Shown here piece by piece: positions 34,589 through 43,921 of a DNA stretch of 64,000 bases. Each line of letters opens with the position of its first letter. Position 1 is the first letter of the stretch. The stretch covers positions 25,816-89,815 of the IMG/VR virus record IMGVR_UViG_3300037067_016086; one strand, 5' to 3'. The DNA is from a virus (Duplodnaviria; Caudoviricetes). The notes under the pieces were generated by a model. The model saw nothing but the letters and a program-made list of their open reading frames with translations. It did not search any database and was not told the origin of the DNA. Position numbers and translations under genes: made by a program.

Positions 34589-36439
34589 TCACTCCTCGTC
34601 TAGCCCGTCTTGAACAACACCAGCTACCAAGTCCAGGTTCGCTTTATCGCTCCACGCTGGAGCATTCTCCGGCAGCAGAGCGCCACCGGAAAGGCGCTCG
34701 ATGAGCGTCAGGATGCGGCGCGCCACCGCCTCTGCCTGATCCTTCCGCTCCTCCGCCGTTTCTGGTTCATCCCCTACAATCCCATGAAACTGCGCCGACT
34801 TCAACCCGAGCACGTCCATCATGACCTGATCGTACCCCGTGTTCGACACGCAGTAGTAGCTCTGCACCTCGGTCATATCATCGGGAGCGCCCACGCGCGC
34901 GATGCGCGTTTCGCACTGTCCATGCACGGCCGGGGCCCAGTCCAGCTCCGCCATCACCGAGCAGGTTGCCCGTGTCTGAAGTCCGTCGAGTCCAGCCGCG
35001 GTGCGCAGAGAGAGATCGGCGACCAGGGCATCTCCGTCGATGAACCGATCCAGCGCGGCGTCCTTCTGCTTCTCCGTCTCGCGACCCGTGAGAACCGAGA
35101 TCTTGAAGTCCGCGAGCTTGTCGATGAGGATGTCGTGCACGTCGTGATGCCAGGCGAACACCAGCGGTCTCTCCCCGGCCGCGATCAGTGACGCCACGAA
35201 AGCAGCCACAGCGGGCGCCTTGCACACCCCCGCAGCATGACGCGATCTCCGGTCGATGTCCCGCGCCACCCTCCCGCGGTTGAACCACTCCAAACCCTTG
35301 TACCCGCGAGCCTGCTCTACCGCCGCCTCCATCATCTTGGCGTGGAGCCCCTCGTCGTGCTCCAAGTCCTGCACGTGTCGGACCACGCGCGGCATCTGCG
35401 GCCGCACCTCGGTCCAACGCCGCCGCAGCAGCAGGCCCTCCCGCCGCAGGTAGTCGCCGAGCACGTCCGGTTGCGCTACCACCTTGTTCCCGTACCCCGT
35501 ACACCACTCCCGAGAGAAGGCCTCCGCGGAGCCCAAGCAGTTGAAGTCGAGGGCGTTCGTCACCGACCAGATCTCCGTGCCGTACCCGTAGATCGGCGTC
35601 CCGGACAGACCCCACACGCTCGTCGAATCGGAGGACAGCAAGGATGCTGCCGAGTACTTGCCCGTTCCTGTGTGCCGTAGCTCCTGCACCTCGTCGAAGA
35701 TCGTCACCGGGAACCCGTGCTTCAGCAGCGCGTTCTTCCACGGCGCCAGCAGCCCGTAGTGGATGATCGCGAAGGGAGTCTTGGGGATCTCGTACGGCGT
35801 GGTCGTCCGCAGGATCGGCGCGAGGACCGCCCCGCGGCGCTTCGCGAACTTCCAGTCGGACTCCCCCTCGCGCTGCGGCTCCGTACCTGGCATGTCGAAC
35901 AGCGCGCCGATCATGCGCTGCCACTGCCGCTGCACCTGCGTCTGCACGACCACCAGCACCGGGTACTTGCCCAGCGCCGCCGCGGCAGCCAGCGCCGTCC
36001 AGGTCTTGCCCAGCCCCATGCCATCCGCAAGGATCGTGCGCTCGTTGGCGAGCAGGAAACCGACGCCCTCCTCCTGGTAGGGGAACAGCTTGCCCACGAA
36101 CTCTGAGGGAGGCCGCACCGCCGAGATGTCGGCGTTCGTCGATCGCCGCACCGCGTGCTCGATCGCGACCGCCCGGGCTGTTGCCAGAGCGTCGTCGCAC
36201 TGCACGTCCAGCGGGTAGCGCAGCAGAAACCAGTTCAGGTCCTCGGCCACGCGCCGCGTGTTGTGGAACGCCAGGTACTTGCGGTTGACGTTGGCCCCCG
36301 GGAACAGGCGCCGGGCCGCCTCCATCATCGCGGGCTCCCCGGCGATGCAGAACCGGCGGTTGTCCTCGTCGTAGACCAGGGTGCCGTACCGGTGTCCGGC
36401 CAGCGAAGGTACTACCAGGTGGTCCGGGGTATAGCTCAC
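34589..36439 (-). CDS. SNF2-family helicase
   Basis: ILADGMGLGKT, IFDEVQ, LSGTP, LVFAWH, GLDGLQ, Q...R..R. Confidence 0.92.
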   Translation of the reverse strand: MSYTPDHLVVPSLAGHRYGTLVYDEDNRRFCIAGEPAMMEAARRLFPGANVNRKYLAFHNTRRVAEDLNWFLLRYPLDVQCDDALATARAVAIEHAVRRSTNADISAVRPPSEFVGKLFPYQEEGVGFLLANERTILADGMGLGKTWTALAAAAALGKYPVLVVVQTQVQRQWQRMIGALFDMPGTEPQREGESDWKFAKRRGAVLAPILRTTTPYEIPKTPFAIIHYGLLAPWKNALLKHGFPVTIFDEVQELRHTGTGKYSAASLLSSDSTSVWGLSGTPIYGYGTEIWSVTNALDFNCLGSAEAFSREWCTGYGNKVVAQPDVLGDYLRREGLLLRRRWTEVRPQMPRVVRHVQDLEHDEGLHAKMMEAAVEQARGYKGLEWFNRGRVARDIDRRSRHAAGVCKAPAVAAFVASLIAAGERPLVFAWHHDVHDILIDKLADFKISVLTGRETEKQKDAALDRFIDGDALVADLSLRTAAGLDGLQTRATCSVMAELDWAPAVHGQCETRIARVGAPDDMTEVQSYYCVSNTGYDQVMMDVLGLKSAQFHGIVGDEPETAEERKDQAEAVARRILTLIERLSGGALLPENAPAWSDKANLDLVAGVVQDGLDEE

Positions 36440-36451
36440 GTCACGATCCCC
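36440..36451 (-). repeat. 12-bp direct repeat, right of TnpB cassette
   Basis: GGGGATCGTGAC, identical to 37884-37895. Confidence 0.85.
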
Positions 36452-36600
36452 GTTCTCCAAAACTTACCCACCTATCCACGACTGGCATCGATGGAGTTTG
36501 GTTCCTGCCCAATCGGGAGTTTCGTCCGCCTCTTTCGAGACGAGCCAGCGCTCCCAAGGCGACAGGCTGTCGCGGCCGAACTGGCCGCCCAATTCTCTAG
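36450..36600 (-). ncRNA. probable omegaRNA (reRNA) scaffold overlapping the tnpB 3' end
   Basis: position typical for TnpB guides; hairpins GGCCAGTTCGGCC and GACAGCCTGTC; boundaries approximate. Confidence 0.55.
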
Positions 36601-37659
36601 AACCTTCGCTGCGTTCTCGTCCCGGTCATGGACCACCCCGCAAGAAGGGCAGTCCCACTCTCTGACGGACAGCGGCAGATCCTCCATCACGTACCCGCAA
36701 TCGCTACATTCCTTCGAGGATGGTTTGAACCGCGGGTAGACCACGACATCGGAACCACACATCAGCGCCTTGTACGTGAGCTGCCTCCGAAACTCAAAGA
36801 ATCCCATGTCTGCAATTGCCCGAGATAGACGCTGGTTCTTCGCCATCCCGCGCACATTCAGATCCTCGATGACGATCACATCGAACCGCTGCACTAGATT
36901 CGTCGTCAACTTGTGCAAGGCGTCCGTGCGAATGTCCGCAATCTTCTCGTGCACTCGCGCCAACCTCACCTTCGCCTTGGCCCGGTTCTTCGATCCATTC
37001 CGCTTCCTGCTCACCGCCTTGTTCAGCATGCGCAACCGCTCCAACGCCGCTCGCAACGGCCTCGGTCCATCGATGTGCTCACCTGTAGACAGAGTAGCCA
37101 GATGTGTAATGCCGAGATCCACCCCGACCGTGCCGTGGTTCTTGTGCACGATCGGAACGTCCTCGACCTCCACCAACACACTCACGTACCACCGTTGAGC
37201 ACGTCGCGATACCGTCGCCGAAAGAAGACGACCCTCAAACCGTAACTCCTCCCGCATCCGGACCCACCCGATGCGGGGAAGGCGAATCCTCCTGCCCTCT
37301 ATTCGGAACAATCCAGGAGTATTGTCAGACGCCAAAAACGAGTCATGGATACCTTTTTTCTTGAATCGTGGGTATCGAGTCCGCTTCTTGAAAAATGCTC
37401 CGAACGCATCCCCCAAATTCTGGATTGCACACTGCGGAACCGTCTTGCTAACCTCACACAGCCACGGGAACTGTTCCCGCTTGATAGCATTCAATTTCCG
37501 ACGCAACATGCTTTCATTCGGTTTCTCGCCCGCCACATACAACTGCTTCCAATTTTCCAATGCCCAGTTATAGGCGAACCGAGCACATCCCGCTGCCTTT
37601 GAGAATTCCATCTTCTGCCGATTCGTAGGGTCCAGCGCGATTTTATGAGCGCGAATCAC
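36472..37659 (-). CDS. tnpB: TnpB RNA-guided endonuclease
   Basis: AHKIALDP..GCARFAYN, VGVDLG, IEDLNV, PSSK.CS.CG..CP.CG, DRDENAA (RuvC D-E-D intact). Confidence 0.95.
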   Translation of the reverse strand: MIRAHKIALDPTNRQKMEFSKAAGCARFAYNWALENWKQLYVAGEKPNESMLRRKLNAIKREQFPWLCEVSKTVPQCAIQNLGDAFGAFFKKRTRYPRFKKKGIHDSFLASDNTPGLFRIEGRRIRLPRIGWVRMREELRFEGRLLSATVSRRAQRWYVSVLVEVEDVPIVHKNHGTVGVDLGITHLATLSTGEHIDGPRPLRAALERLRMLNKAVSRKRNGSKNRAKAKVRLARVHEKIADIRTDALHKLTTNLVQRFDVIVIEDLNVRGMAKNQRLSRAIADMGFFEFRRQLTYKALMCGSDVVVYPRFKPSSKECSDCGYVMEDLPLSVREWDCPSCGVVHDRDENAAKVLENWAASSAATACRLGSAGSSRKRRTKLPIGQEPNSIDASRG

Positions 37660-37820
37660 GAAACGCCCGCCTCCCGCATGACCAGATCCACCGCATCCCG
37701 CAGCACCTGCGACATGGACGCGCCTCGTCGTTCGGACTCCCCCCGCAACCACGCCATCTGCCGCTCCGTCAGGATGAACCGCGTCGGGACCTTGGGTTGC
37801 TTTTTCTTATTGTCCTTCAT
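37656..37820 (-). CDS. ribbon-helix-helix (CopG-like) regulator
   Basis: TRFILT...L...SERRGASMSQVLRDAVD; GTGA-coupled to tnpB. Confidence 0.7.
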   Translation of the reverse strand: MKDNKKKQPKVPTRFILTERQMAWLRGESERRGASMSQVLRDAVDLVMREAGVS

Positions 37821-37827
37821 CGTGCCT

Positions 37828-37856
37828 ACTGTATGCCAATTCTTGGCAAATTTCAA
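37828..37856 (-). promoter_or_regulatory. cassette promoter with internal inverted repeat (leaderless geometry)
   Basis: TTGAAA-N17-TACAGT-N7-ATG; TGCCAA-GAA-TTGGCA in the spacer. Confidence 0.7.
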
Positions 37857-37879
37857 CACCAAAATACTCAATCGAAAAA

Positions 37880-38254
37880 TTAAGTCACGATCCCCCAGTT
37901 GGTCGCCAGCGATACCACCCGCACCGGCTTTCCGTGGGCCCCGGCGGGCGTGTGGATGAGGTTGCGCTCCAGGACCAGTACCACGGCGGACACCTTGGGC
38001 GAGGCGGCGTAGCGGGCCACCTGGGCCTCCACGCGACCGGTGTGCTGCTTCCCGCGCTTCACCTCGATCGCCACACCGCCGTCGCACAGGAAGTCCACCC
38101 GGCACCGCGGACGGAGCTTGACCTCGTGCTCGTGCTTGATGCCCGCGCGATCGAGAGCCTCTCCGATGTCCCGGTGGATGTGTTGCTCGGACACCGTGGC
38201 GTGCAGCCGCAGGTTGCCGAGAGCGGCCACGATCCTGTCCAGAAGTTCCTGCAC
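37880..38254 (-). CDS. PD-(D/E)XK nuclease-fold protein
   Basis: SE..I...I..AL..., RVDFL...AIEVK, Q..RY. Confidence 0.7.
   Translation of the reverse strand: MQELLDRIVAALGNLRLHATVSEQHIHRDIGEALDRAGIKHEHEVKLRPRCRVDFLCDGGVAIEVKRGKQHTGRVEAQVARYAASPKVSAVVLVLERNLIHTPAGAHGKPVRVVSLATNWGIVT
37884..37895 (-). repeat. 12-bp direct repeat, left of TnpB cassette
   Basis: GGGGATCGTGAC. Confidence 0.85.
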
Positions 38255-38256
38255 CG

Positions 38257-39216
38257 CTACCTCAGAGACCGATCCTGCCAGGCGCGGACGCGCGACATCA
38301 CGAGCGCCTCGATCTCCTCGATGCGGGGGTGCGCCGGGAGCGTCGTCTGCTCGAACGCCCGACGCGCTTCCTCCACCAGCCGGTCCGCCCACTCCTGGAT
38401 CTGCTCCAGCTCGTACCTGCCCTGCTTGATGTCCACGATCTCCTGCGCGTACGGCAGCGGGAACACCAGGCGCCCGTACCGCATGAGGTCGATGCCCTCC
38501 TTGAGCAGGTGGATCACGTTGCTCGCGAACTTCGTGTCGTAGCCGTACTTCGTGAACAGCGCCGACCGGTGCGTGGCCTTGCTGAGCCGCTCCTCGATCA
38601 TCTTGCACGCCTTCTTGGCGTACACGCCCGGCTCGAAGTAGAGGTCGCCCACCCGCAGGTGCTTGCCCTTCTCGGGCTCCCCGACGAACAGCCGGTTGTC
38701 CCGGAACTCTCCCAGCACCGCGTGCGGGTCCTGAACCTTCAAGAACTCCAGCGCCCCCTGGAGCGCCGCGTAGTTCTCTGGCTTGATCCGCATCTTGTGG
38801 CGCTGCCCGTCCGCGTACTTCACGAAGCGGTGATGGCCGCCCTTGTGCGGGAACAGGTGCGCGTGGTTCAGCAGGTCGCGCCCGAAGTTCTTGGGCTCGT
38901 CGAGCAGCACGTTTTCGTCGTTGGCGAACAGCAGGTGCATGATGTTCGGGTTGTTCTCCATCGCGAGCTTGATGAAGAAGCGGTACTCGTAGTACGTGCA
39001 GTCCACCGCATCAGCCGTGTTGCGCCCGCTCTCGTCCTTGGCGGCCACGTCCTCTTTCAGCGTCTCGCACTTGGCAAACCCGTAGACCATCTGCGGCGCG
39101 GGCATGAAGATACCCGTGAGGTCCAGGTCGCTCTCCGGCGTGTTCGTGCCGAACAGGTGCGACCCGCACCGGATCTTCAGGACCAGGTTGTCCTTCACGA
39201 TCTTCTCGTAGTTCAT
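38257..39216 (-). CDS. DNA polymerase beta-superfamily nucleotidyltransferase (RlaP-like)
   Basis: GSHLFGTNTPESDLD.TGI, NPNI...LF, YDTK. Confidence 0.8.
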   Translation of the reverse strand: MNYEKIVKDNLVLKIRCGSHLFGTNTPESDLDLTGIFMPAPQMVYGFAKCETLKEDVAAKDESGRNTADAVDCTYYEYRFFIKLAMENNPNIMHLLFANDENVLLDEPKNFGRDLLNHAHLFPHKGGHHRFVKYADGQRHKMRIKPENYAALQGALEFLKVQDPHAVLGEFRDNRLFVGEPEKGKHLRVGDLYFEPGVYAKKACKMIEERLSKATHRSALFTKYGYDTKFASNVIHLLKEGIDLMRYGRLVFPLPYAQEIVDIKQGRYELEQIQEWADRLVEEARRAFEQTTLPAHPRIEEIEALVMSRVRAWQDRSLR

Positions 39217-40046
39217 GCGTCCCTCCCCGTGATCGGCGGGAATTCCCGCGGCCACACATGCTGCGACATCACCTTGATCACGCTGTCCTTGACGAACAGC
39301 GGCACGCCATGGTCCGCACACCACTCCCTGATGCGATGGGCCGTGTGGATGGGATAGAGCGGACGCGTGCCAGCCCCCGTCTGGAAGCCCATCACCACCC
39401 AGTCCAATCCCGCCAGGCAGGCCGGGTCGAACGCCGGGTCCAGCAGCGGCTCCACGCTCGCCCAGAGCTTCCCAGGCCGGGTCCCCCACCGCAGCATCGC
39501 GTCATCGCGCACGCGGGCCAGCAGCGCCCCAGCGCGCCAGCTCGACGCGTTGTCCGTCAAGCTCACGCCGAGGTGCATGCTCTGCGGCCACATGATCCCG
39601 GCCGCCAGCAGGTCCGGACGCTTCGTCAGCGCCAGCACCGTGTGCCCCCGATCCGCGATCTCGGCCGCGAAGTGCGCCGTCTGCGCCTGCACCTGATCGG
39701 ACAAGATCCGGGCTCCGCCGGACCAGTCGAGGGCCAACGCCTCTCCCTCGAAGCACATGTCGCCCATGCTTCCCACGAAGATCCGCTTCGGCTTCCGCGA
39801 CCACGTGAAGCGCATCATCTCGCGCTCGTACACGCTGGCGTGGAAGGCAGGCGCAAAGGGATCGCCCCCGCTGGTTGGGATGTGCGGGTTGCCGCCCGTC
39901 AGCGCCGCCACCACGTTGTACGCCGTTCCATCCACGTGGCCGAGCCGCCACGCCATGCGCCGGGCATAGCAAAACTCGCACCCCTGACGGCATCCCGTGA
40001 AGAAGTTGATCGTCTCATCACACCAGTCGATGCGGGTCCGCGCCAT
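39213..40046 (-). CDS. DUF5131 (Gp37/Gp68-like) radical-SAM-related protein
   Basis: T.IDWCD.T.N..TGC..GC..CYA, IFVGSMGD, LTKRP, SVEPL, LFVK. Confidence 0.85.
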   Translation of the reverse strand: MARTRIDWCDETINFFTGCRQGCEFCYARRMAWRLGHVDGTAYNVVAALTGGNPHIPTSGGDPFAPAFHASVYEREMMRFTWSRKPKRIFVGSMGDMCFEGEALALDWSGGARILSDQVQAQTAHFAAEIADRGHTVLALTKRPDLLAAGIMWPQSMHLGVSLTDNASSWRAGALLARVRDDAMLRWGTRPGKLWASVEPLLDPAFDPACLAGLDWVVMGFQTGAGTRPLYPIHTAHRIREWCADHGVPLFVKDSVIKVMSQHVWPREFPPITGRDA

Positions 40047-40050
40047 CCTG

Positions 40051-40266
40051 TCACCCGTTCAGCGGCGCATCCGTCTTCAGGATGCACTTCCCGTTCTTCG
40101 GATCGCGGCCGCGGATCTCGCACTCCAGCAGCCACAGCATCTTCGTGTACTTCGCCGTCTCGCCCGTGTTGCTCCAGCAGCACATCAGCGCGATGAACGG
40201 CATGATCGCGATCAGCACGCCCACCAGGAAAACGATGATCCCGAATCCCAAACCGATGCCTTCCAT
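40051..40266 (-). CDS. small membrane protein
   Basis: long hydrophobic helix. Confidence 0.6.
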   Translation of the reverse strand: MEGIGLGFGIIVFLVGVLIAIMPFIALMCCWSNTGETAKYTKMLWLLECEIRGRDPKNGKCILKTDAPLNG

Positions 40267-40296
40267 AACCCACTCCCTCTCGCGCTATGCGCGTGT

Positions 40297-40863
40297 TTAC
40301 AGCCGAGCTGCCAGCCACTTGATCGCGACCTGCGACTCCGGCGTGACGATGCCGCCCTTGCGCACGATCGCGGCAGCCTTCGTCAGCCACTCTCCCGCGA
40401 ATGCCAGGTCGTCTTCGGTCAGGTTGTACGATCCCAGCTTCTTGACGATCGACGACGGCGTCGGGCACTTCCCGGTGAACCAGTACACCATCTCCATGGA
40501 CGCCCGGTAGCACTCGCACTCCGACAGCGTGCGCTTCGAGCTGTCCAGGCAGTAGTCCCACGCGAAGTCCGCGCTGTGGAACTGCCGCACGTGGGCGTGC
40601 TCGTGCACACACACGATCGCCTGCGAGGCCAGCGGCACCCAGGACGGATCGCCCACCGAGAAGTTCGGGTAGATGCCGTGCCCCAGCGTGATCGTGAAGT
40701 CGCGCAGGAACTTCTTCCGGTCCATGATGCCCATGGCCGCCAGAACGACGCCGATGATCTGCATCTCGGGCGCCGTCTTGTCCTTCACGGTGGTCCCGTA
40801 CTTCCGGCACATGTACCGCCAGAATGCGTTCGTCTGATCGCCAGTGATCGTGTGCGTCGTCAT
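40297..40863 (-). CDS. putative zinc metallopeptidase
   Basis: VHEHAHV.Q (HExxH) and downstream E.E.Y. Confidence 0.6.
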   Translation of the reverse strand: MTTHTITGDQTNAFWRYMCRKYGTTVKDKTAPEMQIIGVVLAAMGIMDRKKFLRDFTITLGHGIYPNFSVGDPSWVPLASQAIVCVHEHAHVRQFHSADFAWDYCLDSSKRTLSECECYRASMEMVYWFTGKCPTPSSIVKKLGSYNLTEDDLAFAGEWLTKAAAIVRKGGIVTPESQVAIKWLAARL

Positions 40864-41255
40864 CTCGTTCCTCCCTGGTACTCCGCCCCCTTGGGGTAGC
40901 TCTTTCGGCAGGCCAGGCGTCCCCGCTGCACCTCGTCCTGCGCCCGGCTGACCGAAGCCTCCGCCTTCGCCTCGAACGGCTCGCCCTCCACCACGTCGAG
41001 CCACTCGAACGCCCAGAACCCGCCGCAGGCCTCCGCCAGCTTCGCGTCGCAGGCTCCCATGCTCTGCACCTGAAGATCCAGAGCGGATTGAAGCAACTGC
41101 GCCTCGACCCGCGCCTCATCCCGATCGACCTCCGCGTTCAGCCACATCACCGTCGTCGCGATGAACCCGACGAGCATGACGATCACGGACACCGCCGTCA
41201 TGATCCGCTGCGTCCAGGTTAACCGGCGCTGCTCTTTGGCGTGATCGTACATCAT
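40860..41255 (-). CDS. membrane-anchored coiled-coil protein
   Basis: TM helix then coiled coil; ATGA-coupled to the ligase remnant. Confidence 0.6.
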   Translation of the reverse strand: MMYDHAKEQRRLTWTQRIMTAVSVIVMLVGFIATTVMWLNAEVDRDEARVEAQLLQSALDLQVQSMGACDAKLAEACGGFWAFEWLDVVEGEPFEAKAEASVSRAQDEVQRGRLACRKSYPKGAEYQGGTR

Positions 41256-41398
41256 ACGCTCTCCGTGTTCTTGGCGCAGTTGGCCTGCTTTCCCTTCTTC
41301 TTGCGCTCCAGGTAGTCCACGCTGACCAGCTTGAGGATCACCCGCCCGCACTCCGGATCGCGCCGCGGCGTCAGCGGCTTCACGACGCAGCCCTCGCG
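41252..41398 (-). pseudogene. displaced original C-terminus of the RNA ligase
   Basis: REGCVVKPLTPRRDPECGRVILKLVSVDYL... 28/30 identical to the active end at 43922-44023. Confidence 0.95.
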
Positions 41399-41400
41399 TT

Positions 41401-41964
41401 TCAAGATTTCCTCTTGTGGTCTGCAACCAGCGTACACCATTCCACAAACTCCTCTTCCGTGTAGTCCTGCTTCATGTTGTTCACGATCTTGTGGACCCAC
41501 TGCACATTCGACAGGACATAGGGCAAATTGCTATCCTTGCGATCCAGGGATGCCGTCTGCATTGCTTTTCTATCCCGATACGCACGCACGAATCTCAACG
41601 GAATCCCAGTCAGCGCACACTTCCTGTCTTGTTGCAAAAACAGGTTCCACGCCTCTTCCATCGTGAGATCGAAAACGAGATCCCGCACCACAGCATTGTA
41701 CCGAAGTCCGTACCAATAAGAACCACTGATCTCGCCGAATCCAGAAAATTGCTTATTGGGTAGACGCTTACGACATCCACACGACTGCGTCTGCCCAAAT
41801 CGCAAACTTGCCCCTCTCACCTCTGTAAGGTTCCCACACTCGCACAGACATTTCCAGACGCACTGTTTGCCCTTCCGATCCGGACACAACTCCAAAACGG
41901 TCAGGGACCCGAACACCTGCCCCTTCAGGTCTATGCGATTGTGTGCTGGATGTCGGCACTTCAT
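41401..41964 (-). CDS. HNH-like homing endonuclease
   Basis: FG.LTV..W.C.CECG..SCGC; CALTG; SLDRKDSN.PY...NVQWVHK.VN.MK; AT-rich. Confidence 0.85.
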   Translation of the reverse strand: MKCRHPAHNRIDLKGQVFGSLTVLELCPDRKGKQCVWKCLCECGNLTEVRGASLRFGQTQSCGCRKRLPNKQFSGFGEISGSYWYGLRYNAVVRDLVFDLTMEEAWNLFLQQDRKCALTGIPLRFVRAYRDRKAMQTASLDRKDSNLPYVLSNVQWVHKIVNNMKQDYTEEEFVEWCTLVADHKRKS

Positions 41965-41978
41965 GGGAACGACACTTC

Positions 41979-42353
41979 CTACTTGGACAACTTGATCTTC
42001 GGCGATTTCCTATTCTTGATGAACGTCTTGACTATGGGACGCTCCCGCTGCTGCGCATCCAACTGCGCCTCCCCGACATCCGCGATCTGCTGCGCCAGGA
42101 CCAGCGCCCCGCAGGTCGACAACTCCAACCGGTGCATCACTTCGTTCGCGTCCTCGTACGACAGATGGACCGTGTTGACCCCCGCCGCCTCGACGAACAT
42201 CTTTCCTTCGACCGGCTCGCATATCAGGATGCCCACGGCCCGGCGCTCGGAGATCGCCTCCCCCAGCTTCTTCATCACCTCGTCCAACTCCGCCTTCGCC
42301 TCCGGATGCACCCGGACCGCCTTCTTCCCCGTAGCCATCATCAACCTCCTCAT
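41979..42353 (-). CDS. hypothetical cargo protein
   Basis: ORF inside the ligase cassette. Confidence 0.6.
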   Translation of the reverse strand: MRRLMMATGKKAVRVHPEAKAELDEVMKKLGEAISERRAVGILICEPVEGKMFVEAAGVNTVHLSYEDANEVMHRLELSTCGALVLAQQIADVGEAQLDAQQRERPIVKTFIKNRKSPKIKLSK

Positions 42354-43708
42354 GTTCTCAGAAGCGCCACGGCATCCTCCGATGACGCCTCGTACCCTGC
42401 CTTGTACCCCGCCGCGTACCCCGCATCGGCCGCGGCATCCTCCTTGGCGTCACCGCTGGCCGTGTCGAGGGTCCACAGCCTCGCCCGATTCCGCGTCTCC
42501 AGCGCGAACTCCTGCGACTGAATCCGCTGGCGCAGGTGCGCCTTCACCGCCTCGTCGCGCTTGACTTGGACCTTCGCATCGTCGAGCTGCATCGCGTATT
42601 CTCCGGCCCGACGTTCCAAACCATCGGAGCGCCCACGTTCATCAAACAAAAGTCTCTCATGTATCCCTACAAGCTCCCGCGCCACTGCGAGTTCAACTTC
42701 GAGTCGCTTGTTCTCTGCTACAAGTCTTGACCGATCAGCATTTGCCTTCGTCGTCGCTTCTGCGGCTTCGGCTACGCTAATCGAGAACAGCGGCTGTCCG
42801 ACATTAGCTATCTCGTCGCGTATCGCTGCTCGCCATGACTCCTTCGAGACGTCATCGAGAACGTCCCAGTGCATCCTCGGATCGGACGCGGCCACGAACA
42901 GCGCGGATGCCGCCTGTTCCACTCGTTTCGCGTAGTCGGCAAGCTGTTCCTGAATCACCGCGTCCGTGTGCTCCCCCAACCGTTCCGCCGCTGCGGCCAT
43001 GGCCTCTGGTTTGTCGAGTCCGTAGAACGCCAGGGCAGTAGCCTGGTCGGCATCGTCGTTCGGCTCGTTGCACTCGCATACGGCATGGTTATGACCGTTC
43101 TCATGTCCTACCGGAAGAGTACATCTGTCGCCATGTGGGCAGGTGGATTTGCAACGTCCACTGAATGGGTCTTCCCAACCACGTCGAATAGCATAATTGG
43201 AAGGGTCAAATGATATATCTTGCGTGTCGCTCACGGGGAAAGAAAAACCGTGCCTCGCGACGGTTTCACATATCTCCCTTCTCGCTTCCGAAAGTCGCAT
43301 CGAGTATCCGTGGGATTTTCGCTCCATGACATCGAACCGTTCCTGCTCGTCCAGAATCCTCTTCTCGTAGATCTTTTCACGCTTCCGTGCCGCCGCGAGC
43401 CTGCTCGCTATGGCTGCCCGCTCTTTGCGCGCGCAAGGAAGGCACATCCTCTCGTCGTTGCCCGCATCGTAGGTCCTGGATTCCAGCCCGCAACGGCAGC
43501 AAGTTCCGATGGGCAGGAGCAGATCGAACACGCGCAGGCTGCTCTGGTCGGAATCGCACGCCGGGAATCGCCTCCGGTACTCCTCGACGGTCATGTCCAA
43601 CTTCGCCGCTCTGTTCTTCTCCGTGTTGCAATCGGGGCACAGGCCGGGGAATGCCTCCGGATCGTCGGCATCGAAATGATGGCTGCAAATTGTGCATTCG
43701 TCGCTCAT
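42350..43708 (-). CDS. 452-aa Cys-rich/coiled-coil cargo protein
   Basis: several CxxC pairs, C-x5-C-x-LP-x-GH motif, coiled coil; mosaic GC. Confidence 0.6.
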   Translation of the reverse strand: MSDECTICSHHFDADDPEAFPGLCPDCNTEKNRAAKLDMTVEEYRRRFPACDSDQSSLRVFDLLLPIGTCCRCGLESRTYDAGNDERMCLPCARKERAAIASRLAAARKREKIYEKRILDEQERFDVMERKSHGYSMRLSEARREICETVARHGFSFPVSDTQDISFDPSNYAIRRGWEDPFSGRCKSTCPHGDRCTLPVGHENGHNHAVCECNEPNDDADQATALAFYGLDKPEAMAAAAERLGEHTDAVIQEQLADYAKRVEQAASALFVAASDPRMHWDVLDDVSKESWRAAIRDEIANVGQPLFSISVAEAAEATTKANADRSRLVAENKRLEVELAVARELVGIHERLLFDERGRSDGLERRAGEYAMQLDDAKVQVKRDEAVKAHLRQRIQSQEFALETRNRARLWTLDTASGDAKEDAAADAGYAAGYKAGYEASSEDAVALLRT

Positions 43709-43878
43709 TGCGCACTCTCATCCTTCGACCTTGTCGCGATCTCGCTTTTCTTCTTCTTCCGGCGGTCCTTATCCCAGTACGGGGACTTGCAATGTGGGCA
43801 GATCCGCACCTCCTCCTGCTTCGGTATCCAGACATGCCCGCACCGCTTGCACTCCAACCTCGTGATCTCTACCTTCAT
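43705..43878 (-). CDS. small zinc-ribbon protein
   Basis: CKRCGHVW...CPHCKS.YW. Confidence 0.7.
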   Translation of the reverse strand: MKVEITRLECKRCGHVWIPKQEEVRICPHCKSPYWDKDRRKKKKSEIATRSKDESAQ

Positions 43879-43885
43879 ACCTGTA

Positions 43886-43914
43886 GGTATACCCTTGACG
43901 GTGTTACTCGTCAA
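43886..43914 (-). promoter_or_regulatory. cassette promoter (leaderless geometry) with inverted repeat
   Basis: TTGACG-N17-TATACC-N7-ATG; TTGACG-N8-CGTCAA. Confidence 0.7.
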
Positions 43915-43921
43915 GCGGAAA

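Larger units (their letters stand above)
36450..37893 (-). mobile_element. TnpA-less IS607/IS200-605-derived element: promoter, RHH gene, tnpB, omegaRNA-like right end
   Basis: AT shift, tnpB, right end ...GTAAGTTTTGGAGAACGG, flanking direct repeat. Confidence 0.8.

Noticed and set aside
36450-37893. Autonomous IS element
   Set aside because: No Y1 or serine transposase (tnpA) and no terminal inverted repeats in the window; treated as non-autonomous
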